This document shows, in pieces, positions 1 to 8,417 of a stretch of DNA of 64,000 nt. The notes beneath the pieces are model-generated. The model saw only the letters and a program-made list of their open reading frames with translations, had not been told where the DNA came from and searched no databases. The number at the start of each line of letters is the position of its first letter. Positions within the stretch are counted from its first letter, which is position 1. Position numbers and translations under genes: made by a program. Source of the DNA: Candidatus Saccharimonadia bacterium (lineage in GTDB: Bacteria > Patescibacteriota > SICC01); NCBI GenBank assembly GCA_025449535.1, contig JANWJF010000001.1, forward strand, positions 219,406 through 283,405, written 5' to 3'.

Positions 1-414
1 GATCATAGCTCCGACGAAGGCTAGCAGGATGCCGATGAACGTTTTCGCGTTCATATGTTCCTTGAGGAACTTGACCGAGAGTATACCCAGGAGCAGCGGC
101 CCTAGCAGGGTGATGACGCCAGAGTTGATGCTCGGGGCGTAGGTCAAACCGACGTTAAGCGCCAACGTCGCGAACGTGATGTAAATGAGCGAACTCAAGG
201 CCAAAAGCCCGAACTCTTTCCTCTTCAACGGTTTCCAAGTCCGGATAGCGAATGGCAACAGAATCAAGGAAGCCGCCAAGAACTTTGTTGCCATGAAAAG
301 CGTGAGTGGAAACGTCTCCAGGCCCAGCTTCACCATCGGGACGTTCACGCCCCAAAGCAGGCTTGCCGCTACGAGAGCAAGAATGGGCAACGTACTGTTT
401 TTGGGTTTTTGCAT
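1..414 (-). CDS. EamA/DMT family transporter (runs off left edge)
   Basis: Not in ORF track; hand translation MQKPKNSTLPILALVAASLLWGVNVPMVKLGLETFPLTLFMATKFLAA...GLTYAPSINSGVITLLGP...FLKEHM, a typical EamA repeat; open to base 1. Confidence 0.9.
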   Translation of the reverse strand, partial: MQKPKNSTLPILALVAASLLWGVNVPMVKLGLETFPLTLFMATKFLAASLILLPFAIRTWKPLKRKEFGLLALSSLIYITFATLALNVGLTYAPSINSGVITLLGPLLLGILSVKFLKEHMNAKTFIGILLAFVGAMI

Positions 415-417
415 CTC

Positions 418-678
418 TTACCGCATCCATGAGACTAAGAGAATTACCGGGGCTGCGATCACCAGTCCGACCACTTCCGGCTTCCGCGCCGCGACTTCCA
501 CGTCGAAGCGCCGCAGCACGTCCCCGACCTTGTCGGCGGAGATGTCTGCGTTATACACCTCGAACTTCCCTGGCTCTTCGTTATCGAAGTAGAGGCGCAG
601 CCGGGTCGGCCAACCGCCATGCTCAAAGTCCCAGGCTCCCCAGGTAATGCTGTCGCCGAAGATGCAGACACGTGCCAT
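418..678 (-). pseudogene. Truncated SGNH/GDSL hydrolase (N-terminal part only)
   Basis: Block I CIFGDSITWG and block II-like VYNADISAD present; ends at 86 aa without GxND or DxxH blocks. Confidence 0.7.
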
Positions 679-699
679 GGGTCTATCTTAACGGCTTCA

Positions 700-807
700 T
701 CACCCCCGCCCCACCTCGTGCGAGATGAGCCAAGGGTGATGCCTGTTTCAATCCGGTCGCTTGCGCGGGGATTGCTGACGCACCGCTTGCGCGGCACAGG
801 CATCGTC
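700..807 (-). ncRNA. Putative structured RNA element, copy A (unknown family)
   Basis: 98/108 nt identical, ungapped, to 5523-5630; three-way junction with two GCAA tetraloops plus a long hairpin; G-U pairs work only on the minus strand. Confidence 0.7.
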
Positions 808-813
808 GGGCCG

Positions 814-1080
814 TCAGGCCCCGATCTTCTCGAAGTGCTCCTCCAGGGTGTTTCGCTCCCGATGAAGGAACTTGCGGTCGTGCTCGGGGGTCCGCTGGGA
901 CGGTAGCCTGAAGGTCTTCCAGTTCCACGGCCAGAACGGCTGACTGAAGATCCACCCCCTGCCTTCACAGCGCCCGCAGGTGCTGCGCTCCTGGCTCTCG
1001 AAGCTGTAGAGGTTCAGGAATCCGCGCCCTTTGCAGGGCGGGCACCGCCACTTCTTGACCGGCTTGCCGGAAGTCCGCAT
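814..1080 (-). CDS. Small zinc-finger protein (two CxxCxGxG motifs), paralog A
   Basis: CPPCKGRG and CGRCEGRG; AAGGAGG RBS upstream of ATG 1080; paralog at 5639-5956. Confidence 0.85.
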   Translation of the reverse strand: MRTSGKPVKKWRCPPCKGRGFLNLYSFESQERSTCGRCEGRGWIFSQPFWPWNWKTFRLPSQRTPEHDRKFLHRERNTLEEHFEKIGA

Positions 1081-1185
1081 CGACTTTTCGCCTCCTTGGT
1101 AAGATTCGCCACCGGGGGTCTGCATGCGATCCGGGTTCCGGATCGACTATGCATGGTACCCCGATTCGACGTATAAAGGTAAGTC

Positions 1186-1641
1186 ATGGACGAAAGCGCG
1201 GCATCAGCAGAGCATCTCAGGCAGTCCGAAGGCGAAGGCCAGGCGGACTGGTTGATACGGGTCACCGAAGCATTCAAGGACGACCCGCGCATAGAGCCCG
1301 CCGAGGCGCTGGTGGAATGCCTCAGGCGATCCGGCGACATCAACACCGGTGCCAGGATCACCCATGCGGTCGAGGTGACCGCCCTCCTGCTGCGAGCGCC
1401 GGGAACCGCCCGGGAAGAAAGCCGGTACCGAGAACTTGCCCAGGAAGCGGCGGACCTGTGCCCCGACGATACGACGAAGGCCATCCTTTGGACGCACATC
1501 GCCGAATACCTGCCGCCGGCCCAGCGGGCTTCCGCCATGCAAAAGGCACGAGATTCCCTTACGGGTGAAGGCAAGGAGTTGCCGAACGCTTTCGAACTGT
1601 TCGGGGACAAGGCGTTCGGACGCGGCGAGGCGTACGTCTAG
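1186..1641 (+). CDS. Hypothetical helical protein
   Basis: 151-aa ORF with natural amphipathic composition; fills the gap between neighbouring genes. Confidence 0.65.
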   Translation: MDESAASAEHLRQSEGEGQADWLIRVTEAFKDDPRIEPAEALVECLRRSGDINTGARITHAVEVTALLLRAPGTAREESRYRELAQEAADLCPDDTTKAILWTHIAEYLPPAQRASAMQKARDSLTGEGKELPNAFELFGDKAFGRGEAYV

Positions 1642-2258
1642 GGTCGACCGACGTATACTTCCAACCAACCCTGGTCGTCCTTTCCCTCCGGAGTCAGGAA
1701 CTCCGGGCGACCCAGCTGCCGGCGCGTCCTACGTATCAGGATCCGAATATGCTCGGTCCGGTGCTCGTTCATCCGCCAGTATTCTTCCTTCGTGAAGACA
1801 TCCCACGGCCGGCCGAACCGCTTCCGTTCCTGGCGCAGTTGGGCGGTGTCGCGCAGGACCTCGCAGACGGTCGACTCGTCTTCCAGGACCTGTATCCGGT
1901 ACTCTTCCAGCGTCACCGGTTCGTCCAGCATGGGGTCGAACACCCAGCCGTTCTCCGCGCAGACTACGTGACAGTTCCAGGAGAACCGCCCTTCGGTGGT
2001 GAGGAGCGCCACCTTCGGGAACCGTCCTATCGCGTGATCGAGCGGTTCGTAGTCCGAAGCGTGGAACAGCGTCAGCTGCGGGTCCGGTGACGGCGGCCGG
2101 AACGCGAGCAGCTCGGGTTCGCCACCTTCTTCAAGCCGGCGCCAGGCCAGCGCGCAAGCCACGTCCAGGCAGTTCCGGTCTCCTGGGTACGGGTCGCCCT
2201 GCTCCACGAAGGCCGCTTGCCTCCGGGCGAAGTACGCTTCTGATGATTCGATCGGCAT
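1638..2258 (-). CDS. Hypothetical protein, possible papain-like Cys-His-Asp enzyme
   Basis: NCLDVA ... WNCHVVC ... WVFDP spacing; TATCAT -10-like box 8 nt upstream. Confidence 0.65.
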   Translation of the reverse strand: MPIESSEAYFARRQAAFVEQGDPYPGDRNCLDVACALAWRRLEEGGEPELLAFRPPSPDPQLTLFHASDYEPLDHAIGRFPKVALLTTEGRFSWNCHVVCAENGWVFDPMLDEPVTLEEYRIQVLEDESTVCEVLRDTAQLRQERKRFGRPWDVFTKEEYWRMNEHRTEHIRILIRRTRRQLGRPEFLTPEGKDDQGWLEVYVGRP

Positions 2259-2439
2259 AACGACCCATGATACCGAATTGATCGGCGTCCTGCCCTTAAT
2301 CTACCGTTCCATGGATCTCATAACCCCGCCGTAGAGGTACTTATATAGTTGGTGGCTTGTCATTATCCCTGACAAGCGCATGCTGCAGGCAAGATTCAAT
2401 AAGCTGAGCAGCGTTGACGCCTGCTTAAGGGGAACAAAA

Positions 2440-3333
2440 ATGAAAAGGTTCAAATATACGACAGTATCCGCACTAGTCGCTGCTTTGGCGATCGGTTTTC
2501 CGGCGCAGGCCCTGGCCGAGCCCACGGTCGACCTGGGCACCGCCGATGACTTCGCGGTCCTGGCCGGTACGGCCGTCACGAACGTGCCTACTTCCGCCAT
2601 CACCGGCGACGTAGGCCTCAGCCCGGCCGCCGGCAGCAACTACGCCGGCCTGACGGACGCGGAAGTGGACGGCACGATCTACGCGGTAGACGGCACCGGC
2701 CCGGCCGGCTCGGTCAACAATCCCGGCCTGCTGACGACGGCCAAGGGCGACCTGGTCACGGCGTATAACGACGCGGCGGGGCGGACGGTCACGTCCACCA
2801 TCGGCTCGGGACTCGGCGGGGTGACCCTGACGGAAGGCGTCTACGACTCCGCCGCGGGCACGTTCGCCCTGGGCGTAGGAACGACCCTGACGCTCAACGG
2901 ACAAGGCAACGCCGACGCGGTGTGGATCTTCCAGATGGCGACCACGCTGACCACGGGTTCCGGCAGCACGATCCTCCTCACCAACGGCGCCCAGGCCTGC
3001 AACGTCTTCTGGCAGGTCGGCAGCTCGGCGACGCTCGGCACGAACTCCACGTTCGTGGGCAACATCCTGGCCCTGACCTCCATCACGCTTACCACCGGCG
3101 CCGAAGTGGAAGGCAGCATGCTGGCCCGGAACGGCGCGGTGGCGATGGACTCGAACACCATCACCGACACGGCCTGTGCCGCGGTGATTCCGCCGGATGA
3201 TGACGACGGTTCCGGCGATGACGGATCGGACGACGGCTCGGACTCCGATGCCATAGGCTCGACCACCGGCTCGCTGGCTGTGGGCGACATCGTCCCGAAG
3301 CTTCCGAACGCAGGAGCCGGTCCCCGAAACTAA
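2440..3333 (+). CDS. Ice-binding family protein (DUF3494) with signal peptide and C-terminal LPNAG
   Basis: VDLGTADDFAVLAG, ITGDVGLSP, WIFQ, AQACNVFWQVGSSATLG, GNILA motifs; AxA signal peptide; RBS AAGGGG. Confidence 0.93.
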   Translation: MKRFKYTTVSALVAALAIGFPAQALAEPTVDLGTADDFAVLAGTAVTNVPTSAITGDVGLSPAAGSNYAGLTDAEVDGTIYAVDGTGPAGSVNNPGLLTTAKGDLVTAYNDAAGRTVTSTIGSGLGGVTLTEGVYDSAAGTFALGVGTTLTLNGQGNADAVWIFQMATTLTTGSGSTILLTNGAQACNVFWQVGSSATLGTNSTFVGNILALTSITLTTGAEVEGSMLARNGAVAMDSNTITDTACAAVIPPDDDDGSGDDGSDDGSDSDAIGSTTGSLAVGDIVPKLPNAGAGPRN

Positions 3334-3351
3334 GGCCGCGCCTCACGCACT

Positions 3352-4020
3352 ATGTCTGCCGATACGCGATCCAGACGAACGGTATCGGCAGTCCTCATGG
3401 CGGGACTGGTGCTGTCCCTGGCGTTGGCCGTCGATTCCTGGGGCAACCCGACCCCGCTTCCCTCGGGCAGTGCCGCGGTCCGTGGGTCCGAACGGACGGG
3501 ACTGCCGACGCGGCTCAGGATTCCGCGCATCAAGGTCCACGCGCCCATCGAGCATGTCGGCCTGACGCCGGACGGAGCGATGGACGTACCGAAGGAAAGC
3601 CCGATGAACGCCGCTTGGTACGACCTCGGGCCGCGTCCCGGGGATGCGGGGAGTTCCGTCATTGACGGACACTTCGGCACGACGGATGGCAGCCCGGCGG
3701 TGTTCGACGACCTGCGCCAGCTGCGTACCGGGGACCGGATCCAGGTCGAGGATGCGAGCGGGGCGAAGGTCACGTTCATGGTGCGCGGGTTCCGGACATA
3801 CCAGCCGGAAGAGGACGCAACGTCCGTGTTCAGTTCGAGTGACGGCCGGGCGCACCTTAATCTCATCACGTGCACGGGGGTGTGGAACCGGACCGAGCAA
3901 AGGTATTCCAACCGGCTCGTGGTCTTCACCGACCGCGACCTGCGTTTCGGACTGACCCGGCTGAGCGTCGTGCGCAACGACGACGCGCCCGGTTATGACG
4001 TCGCGTGGATCGGCTACTGA
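3352..4020 (+). CDS. Class F sortase
   Basis: PTRLRIPRI, GAMDVP, WY..GPRPGDAGSSVIDGH, LNLITC, RLVV; N-terminal hydrophobic segment. Confidence 0.92.
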   Translation: MSADTRSRRTVSAVLMAGLVLSLALAVDSWGNPTPLPSGSAAVRGSERTGLPTRLRIPRIKVHAPIEHVGLTPDGAMDVPKESPMNAAWYDLGPRPGDAGSSVIDGHFGTTDGSPAVFDDLRQLRTGDRIQVEDASGAKVTFMVRGFRTYQPEEDATSVFSSSDGRAHLNLITCTGVWNRTEQRYSNRLVVFTDRDLRFGLTRLSVVRNDDAPGYDVAWIGY

Positions 4021-4027
4021 CGGCCGA

Positions 4028-4447
4028 TCAGCTGCCCATCCCGCCGGTACCGATATTAAACAGCCAGTAGATCCCGTACTTGTCTATCAGCATCCCGAAG
4101 GTGTCGCCCCACGGCGCTGGCTTCAACGGCTCCAGGACCTTCCCGTCCTTGCTGAGCGATTCGAAATACTTGGTCAGGCGATCGGTGTCATCCCCTGACA
4201 ACGACAGGGCGACATTCGTGCCGGCGACGACGTCCTCGTCTTTCATGCCGTCGCTGGCCATCAGGGTGATCGCGTCGCTCTCCAGCACCCCATGCATCAC
4301 CAGGTCCTTGTTATGTGGTTTCGCCCCCGGCATGTCCCCGAACTTCATGATTTCCACCGTGCCGCCGAAGATACCTTTGTAGTACTCCAGCGCTTCGGCA
4401 GTGATGCTGGGGAAATTGAGATACGGGTTCAGTTTGACGTCGGGCAT
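4028..4447 (-). CDS. VOC/PhnB family protein
   Basis: LNPYLNF..AEALEYY..IFGG, VMHGVL, LMASD, PWGDTFGMLIDKYGIYW. Confidence 0.92.
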   Translation of the reverse strand: MPDVKLNPYLNFPSITAEALEYYKGIFGGTVEIMKFGDMPGAKPHNKDLVMHGVLESDAITLMASDGMKDEDVVAGTNVALSLSGDDTDRLTKYFESLSKDGKVLEPLKPAPWGDTFGMLIDKYGIYWLFNIGTGGMGS

Positions 4448-4504
4448 GGGCCTCCTTGGTTCAGGTGGTAGTGCGGAGCCATTGTACGCTCACTGCGCGG
4501 GTTG

Positions 4505-5482
4505 TCATCCGGGATTTCGACGAAGGTCCACCCCCGGAGGAAATACTAGCCCTGGGGAGAGCAGGCCTTTCCGCGCCAGGACAGCGTGGACTTGCTCAAA
4601 GTTCCGGACCTCGGCTTTGAACCGGCTTTGGGAACGGTTCGGGTCCTCGCTGTAGCGCTGCAGATATCCGGCGGCCCGGTGGAAGTCTCCCGGCGCCGAG
4701 ATACCCTTGAACTCCTGCAGCGAGCAGACCGCCTGACCGAGCGCGGCATTGGTCGCGATATCGAATCGTTCGATCTCGACGGCTACCGCTTCCAGGCGCC
4801 GTAGGGTCGCCATGGCTTCCACGAATTGCTTAGTTTCGTTCTGGGTGTCTGCGGTAACGAGCAACAGCGTGGCTTCCTCCTCCTTGAACGCCGGTTTCTC
4901 CAGAAGCCGTTCGCAGTAGTCAGTGACCCGCTCCTGATCGCCTTCCCGGTAGAGGCCCAGTAGCGAAACTCGTTGCACTTCAGCATAGCCGTTCCGCACC
5001 TCGGGCAGGACCGCTTCCGCGGCTCCCCGTTCGTCCGAACCTTCGGCTAGCTCGGCGACGTCCGCGAGATAATCCAGCACAAGCTCAAGCTCACGAAGCG
5101 CGTCACTGTAATCTCCCTGGCCGTTCCACGCTTCCACACGCTGCACTACCCCGCGGGCTGCTCGTGCGGGATCGCCAAGCTTCTTGTGCAGTGCTTCAGC
5201 ACGGGTCGCGTGCCTCTCGACAGCAGGCCAGTCCTTTTGGGCGTGGCAGATCATGACCAGGAATTGCAAGTACTCGCCTTGGTGCGCTTCCTCCACGTCT
5301 TCCAGCGCGATCTCAAAGCGTGCGCGGACTCGCGGGAGGTCGTCCAGTCGCTCGTTGACCCAGTTCAGGGTTTGCTCACTGTCCGTAATCTCGCCGGTCT
5401 CCGGGTCGGTGAAGGCGGACATATCCAACTGCCGCACGATCAGTTCGCATTCCACCGGATTCAGTTTGTCCTGGTCTCCCAT
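4505..5482 (-). CDS. TPR-like helical repeat hypothetical protein
   Basis: Repeated helix pairs (GDYSDALRELE, KQFVEAMATL). Confidence 0.7.
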   Translation of the reverse strand: MGDQDKLNPVECELIVRQLDMSAFTDPETGEITDSEQTLNWVNERLDDLPRVRARFEIALEDVEEAHQGEYLQFLVMICHAQKDWPAVERHATRAEALHKKLGDPARAARGVVQRVEAWNGQGDYSDALRELELVLDYLADVAELAEGSDERGAAEAVLPEVRNGYAEVQRVSLLGLYREGDQERVTDYCERLLEKPAFKEEEATLLLVTADTQNETKQFVEAMATLRRLEAVAVEIERFDIATNAALGQAVCSLQEFKGISAPGDFHRAAGYLQRYSEDPNRSQSRFKAEVRNFEQVHAVLARKGLLSPGLVFPPGVDLRRNPG

Positions 5483-5522
5483 AACCAAGAAGCGTAGCCG
5501 TTCTCTCCGGACGATTCAATCG

Positions 5523-5630
5523 TCACCCTTACCCCACCTCGCACGAGATGAGCCAAGGGTGATGCCTGTTCCAATCCGGTCGCTTGCGCGGGAATCGGTA
5601 ACGCACCGCTTGCGCGGCACAGGCATCGTC
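5523..5630 (-). ncRNA. Putative structured RNA element, copy B (unknown family)
   Basis: Second copy of 700-807, 8 nt after the stop of the paralogous zinc-finger ORF. Confidence 0.7.
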
Positions 5631-5638
5631 ATTGGCGT

Positions 5639-5956
5639 TCAGGCAGTACCGATTCCGGCACCGGCTTGCTCCAGTTGCCGCTCCAGGGCGTCGCGCTCCG
5701 GGTGGAGGAACTCACGGTAACGAGGCTCGGTCCGCTCATGCGGCAACCGGAACTCGACGCGGTTCCAGAACCAGAACGGACGCTTGAAGGTCCAACCCTT
5801 CCCGTCGCAATGCACGCATGTGCATGGCAGGACGGTCACCTGTCGCAGCGGGCCATTCTGGAAACTCTCGATCAGCACCGTCGTTTCGTGATGACAGCCC
5901 CGGCCCTGACAGCCCGGGCAACGCCATTTGGTCCCCGGCTTGGCGGAGGTCCACAT
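5639..5956 (-). CDS. Small zinc-finger protein (two CxxCxGxG motifs), paralog B
   Basis: CPGCQGRG and CVHCDGKG; shares GW.F..PFW.WN...FRLP..RT....R.FLH.ER..LE with 814-1080; AAGGAG RBS. Confidence 0.85.
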   Translation of the reverse strand: MWTSAKPGTKWRCPGCQGRGCHHETTVLIESFQNGPLRQVTVLPCTCVHCDGKGWTFKRPFWFWNRVEFRLPHERTEPRYREFLHPERDALERQLEQAGAGIGTA

Positions 5957-6030
5957 ACTCTCACGCTCCTTGCTGGTAAGCTTCGTTGCAGGCCTTGGTG
6001 CGATCCGAAGGTTCCGGACCGACCATACCG

Positions 6031-6405
6031 TCAGGCGGTCGCGGCGGCGGCCTCCTTGGCCTCGGAATCTCGTACATCGTCTGGCAGGGCTTCCTTGGCC
6101 GTGTCGAATTGGTCCTTGCGGATCATCAGTTTGACCTGGATCGAGGGGCCTCCGGCGAAACGCGGACGCGTCAGCCAGCCTTCCGACTCTGGGAAGCTGA
6201 GTAGGATGCGCATGTCGAACCCGTTGGCGACCCAGACGTGTACTTCACGGACAAACCGCTCCACCTCCGCGATCGGAATCTGTTCGTCCATCAACGGGAA
6301 GTGCACGTACTCCGGATCGGTGCTTTCGGGTCTTTGAGGTGGCTGCTGCCTTCGTCCTGCTCGTCCCCTGCGCCCTCGGGCCTTGGTCCGCACTCGGCGT
6401 GCCAT
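6031..6405 (-). CDS. Hypothetical protein with Arg-rich N-terminus
   Basis: 124-aa ORF, AAAGGAG RBS. Confidence 0.7.
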   Translation of the reverse strand: MARRVRTKARGRRGRAGRRQQPPQRPESTDPEYVHFPLMDEQIPIAEVERFVREVHVWVANGFDMRILLSFPESEGWLTRPRFAGGPSIQVKLMIRKDQFDTAKEALPDDVRDSEAKEAAAATA

Positions 6406-6595
6406 GACTCTCCTTTCGTTTCCGGTCGGGCGTCAGCGGGATTGCCGATGCCGGTTCCGGAAACGAAAAGTCTGTAAAGGTGCATCCCCTAGCGACTCAT
6501 CAGTGTACGCTTTGGGTAATACAGTCGTCCAATTCACCCAGCGGTACGCGTTAGAGCACGGCTAGCTTCGGTAAACCTTTAGAAACCTATGAGCC

Positions 6596-7384
6596 TCAAG
6601 TAGGCGTGAACAGACGCTGCGGCGTGGCGGTTTCCGGATCGAGCTGACCGCATTCATCGAAGATCTCGACTCCACCCTTCCAAAGGGTCCGGATGTGCGG
6701 AGCGACCGGGCATCCGACGATTTCCGACGGGTCAGGAGTACGGAGGCCGTCCGCGTGTACGCAGACGGATTTAGTGTAGCCGACGTACCTCCCCTGCTCG
6801 TTGCACTTGACCATCAGGTAGTCCTGTCGATGCAGCGCGAGAACGGTAACGCGTTCCAAGGATTGGTCCAATAGGGTCTCGGAAGCGAATCTCGTGGCTA
6901 TGTCATCGCTACGTTCGACGGCCGGTCGGACCGGGTCGTCGGGATCATCCTCGATCAGCGTATCCCGAACGGCGCACATCAGGCGGAACACGTCACCTGA
7001 CGCATGTCGAAGATAATGCTCGATGCGATTACGAACGAACGCCACCGTATCCGAAGTCACTTCCTCCGCGGAACCTGCAGCAACCAGTTGTCGCCTCTTC
7101 AGGTCGACCCCCGCTAAGGCCATCCCATGCAGTTCAGTATCGCCGCTGAAGATATCCAGCATCAGTTTCCGACCGCGTGCCTCGCGCGCACTCCACTGAA
7201 GCTCGAGAGACGCGTCTAGTTCCGGATCGAAGCCTGCCCAGTCTGACTGGGTGCGGTTGGCCGCTCGGAACAGATGCGCGTAGAAGTCTTGTTCATGTTG
7301 ATAGAACCGTTCCTTAGCCTCTCGCGCGGCCTCATCAAATACGGGTTCTTCCCGTGGCACATCCGATTGACTGACTTTTCCCAT
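6596..7384 (-). CDS. Hypothetical protein
   Basis: 262-aa ORF, natural composition, TATTAT 8 nt upstream. Confidence 0.75.
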   Translation of the reverse strand: MGKVSQSDVPREEPVFDEAAREAKERFYQHEQDFYAHLFRAANRTQSDWAGFDPELDASLELQWSAREARGRKLMLDIFSGDTELHGMALAGVDLKRRQLVAAGSAEEVTSDTVAFVRNRIEHYLRHASGDVFRLMCAVRDTLIEDDPDDPVRPAVERSDDIATRFASETLLDQSLERVTVLALHRQDYLMVKCNEQGRYVGYTKSVCVHADGLRTPDPSEIVGCPVAPHIRTLWKGGVEIFDECGQLDPETATPQRLFTPT

Positions 7385-7531
7385 GACTATGCATAATACT
7401 GTAACCTAGCGTATAAAGAGAAGTCGTCCCTTTACATGCGCTTGGCTTCCAGGAGGGCCGCCGCGAGCCGTACCCAATCGTGGCTTTTTTCTGGAAACCA
7501 ACCCATCAATCCCCGAGGAAAGGATGTACCG

Positions 7532-7999
7532 ATGCGCCTTCTGGGTATCGTATTGCTCGTCCTCTTGGCTCTCTGCTTTAGCAAAGGCCAATTCGCATCC
7601 GCCGGAAGCAGCACCCCGTCGGTCGTCGGTATCGAGGACATCGAAGACCAAACCGGCAAGTGGATCTGCCTATCCAACATGGACGACCTGGGAGAACTCT
7701 GGTTCCAGGGCGTGGACCACCCCGTCCTGAAAGTCGACTATTTCGCCGAAGAAGGCCAGTGCAAGCGACTCAACCCACAGCGGGCCAGCGTCGTGAAGGT
7801 AACGAACTACTACTTCGGCGTAGCCTGGGGCATCGGCCTCTACTACAACGGACAGCTGACCTGGCAGGACGTCCAAGGCGTGGCTGGAGACGTTGGCGCC
7901 CTGAACAATGCCTGGTTCGGCTATGAAGTCGTGCACCGCCAGACATTCGACAAATACGGCTACCCAAGGAAAACCTGGACCGTCGAGGTCCCCGAATAG
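7532..7999 (+). CDS. Secreted hypothetical protein
   Basis: MRLLGIVLLVLLALCF signal peptide; GAAAGGA RBS. Confidence 0.75.
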   Translation: MRLLGIVLLVLLALCFSKGQFASAGSSTPSVVGIEDIEDQTGKWICLSNMDDLGELWFQGVDHPVLKVDYFAEEGQCKRLNPQRASVVKVTNYYFGVAWGIGLYYNGQLTWQDVQGVAGDVGALNNAWFGYEVVHRQTFDKYGYPRKTWTVEVPE

Positions 8000-8013
8000 G
8001 AAGGAGTGCCGTC

Positions 8014-8403
8014 ATGGCGCTAACTTTTAATGACGACGTGGTTATCGTCGTGAGTCCGCAGACCGGGCAGCACTTCGTCGTCTCGTTCAGTAAAACCTCG
8101 GTTCATCGAGAGACCGCCAAGGCCGAACAGCTCCCGATCGACCGGGTGCGCGAGTACTTGGGGCAAATCGTCGACATCGCGATGCACAAGGACGCGCCGT
8201 ACGCGTACCGGACGGTCAAAGGGCTCGCCAAGGAGCTGGACCTGCCCGCCGCCATCGTCAAACACTGTCTCGAACAATCCGACAAGGTACGCGTCTCGCC
8301 ACTGCAGAACAAGCAGGGCGAAACACTCTACTGCCGGGCCGACCGTCCGCTCGACTTCAAGGAGCGGCTCGAGCGATTCCGGATAGCCCTGGGACGCAAC
8401 TGA
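8014..8403 (+). CDS. Hypothetical protein with possible C-terminal winged HTH
   Basis: AAGGAG RBS; YRTVKGLAKELDLPAAIVKHCL helix-turn-helix-like pattern. Confidence 0.75.
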   Translation: MALTFNDDVVIVVSPQTGQHFVVSFSKTSVHRETAKAEQLPIDRVREYLGQIVDIAMHKDAPYAYRTVKGLAKELDLPAAIVKHCLEQSDKVRVSPLQNKQGETLYCRADRPLDFKERLERFRIALGRN

Positions 8404-8417
8404 AAAGGAGGTCGCCT

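Noticed and set aside
700-807. Hammerhead/HDV ribozyme, c-di-GMP or cobalamin riboswitch, or CRISPR repeat identity for the element
   Set aside because: No CUGANGA/GAAA core conserved in both copies and no recognisable aptamer consensus; only two copies 4.8 kb apart; no cas genes
684-813. Integron attC site (GTTAAGA after element A)
   Set aside because: No RYYYAAC partner, absent from copy B, no integrase; TAAGAT is better read as the -10 box of the next gene
814-1080. dnaJ or tnpB remnant
   Set aside because: No J-domain HPD or RuvC motifs; both paralogs have intact RBS and a conserved unique C-terminus
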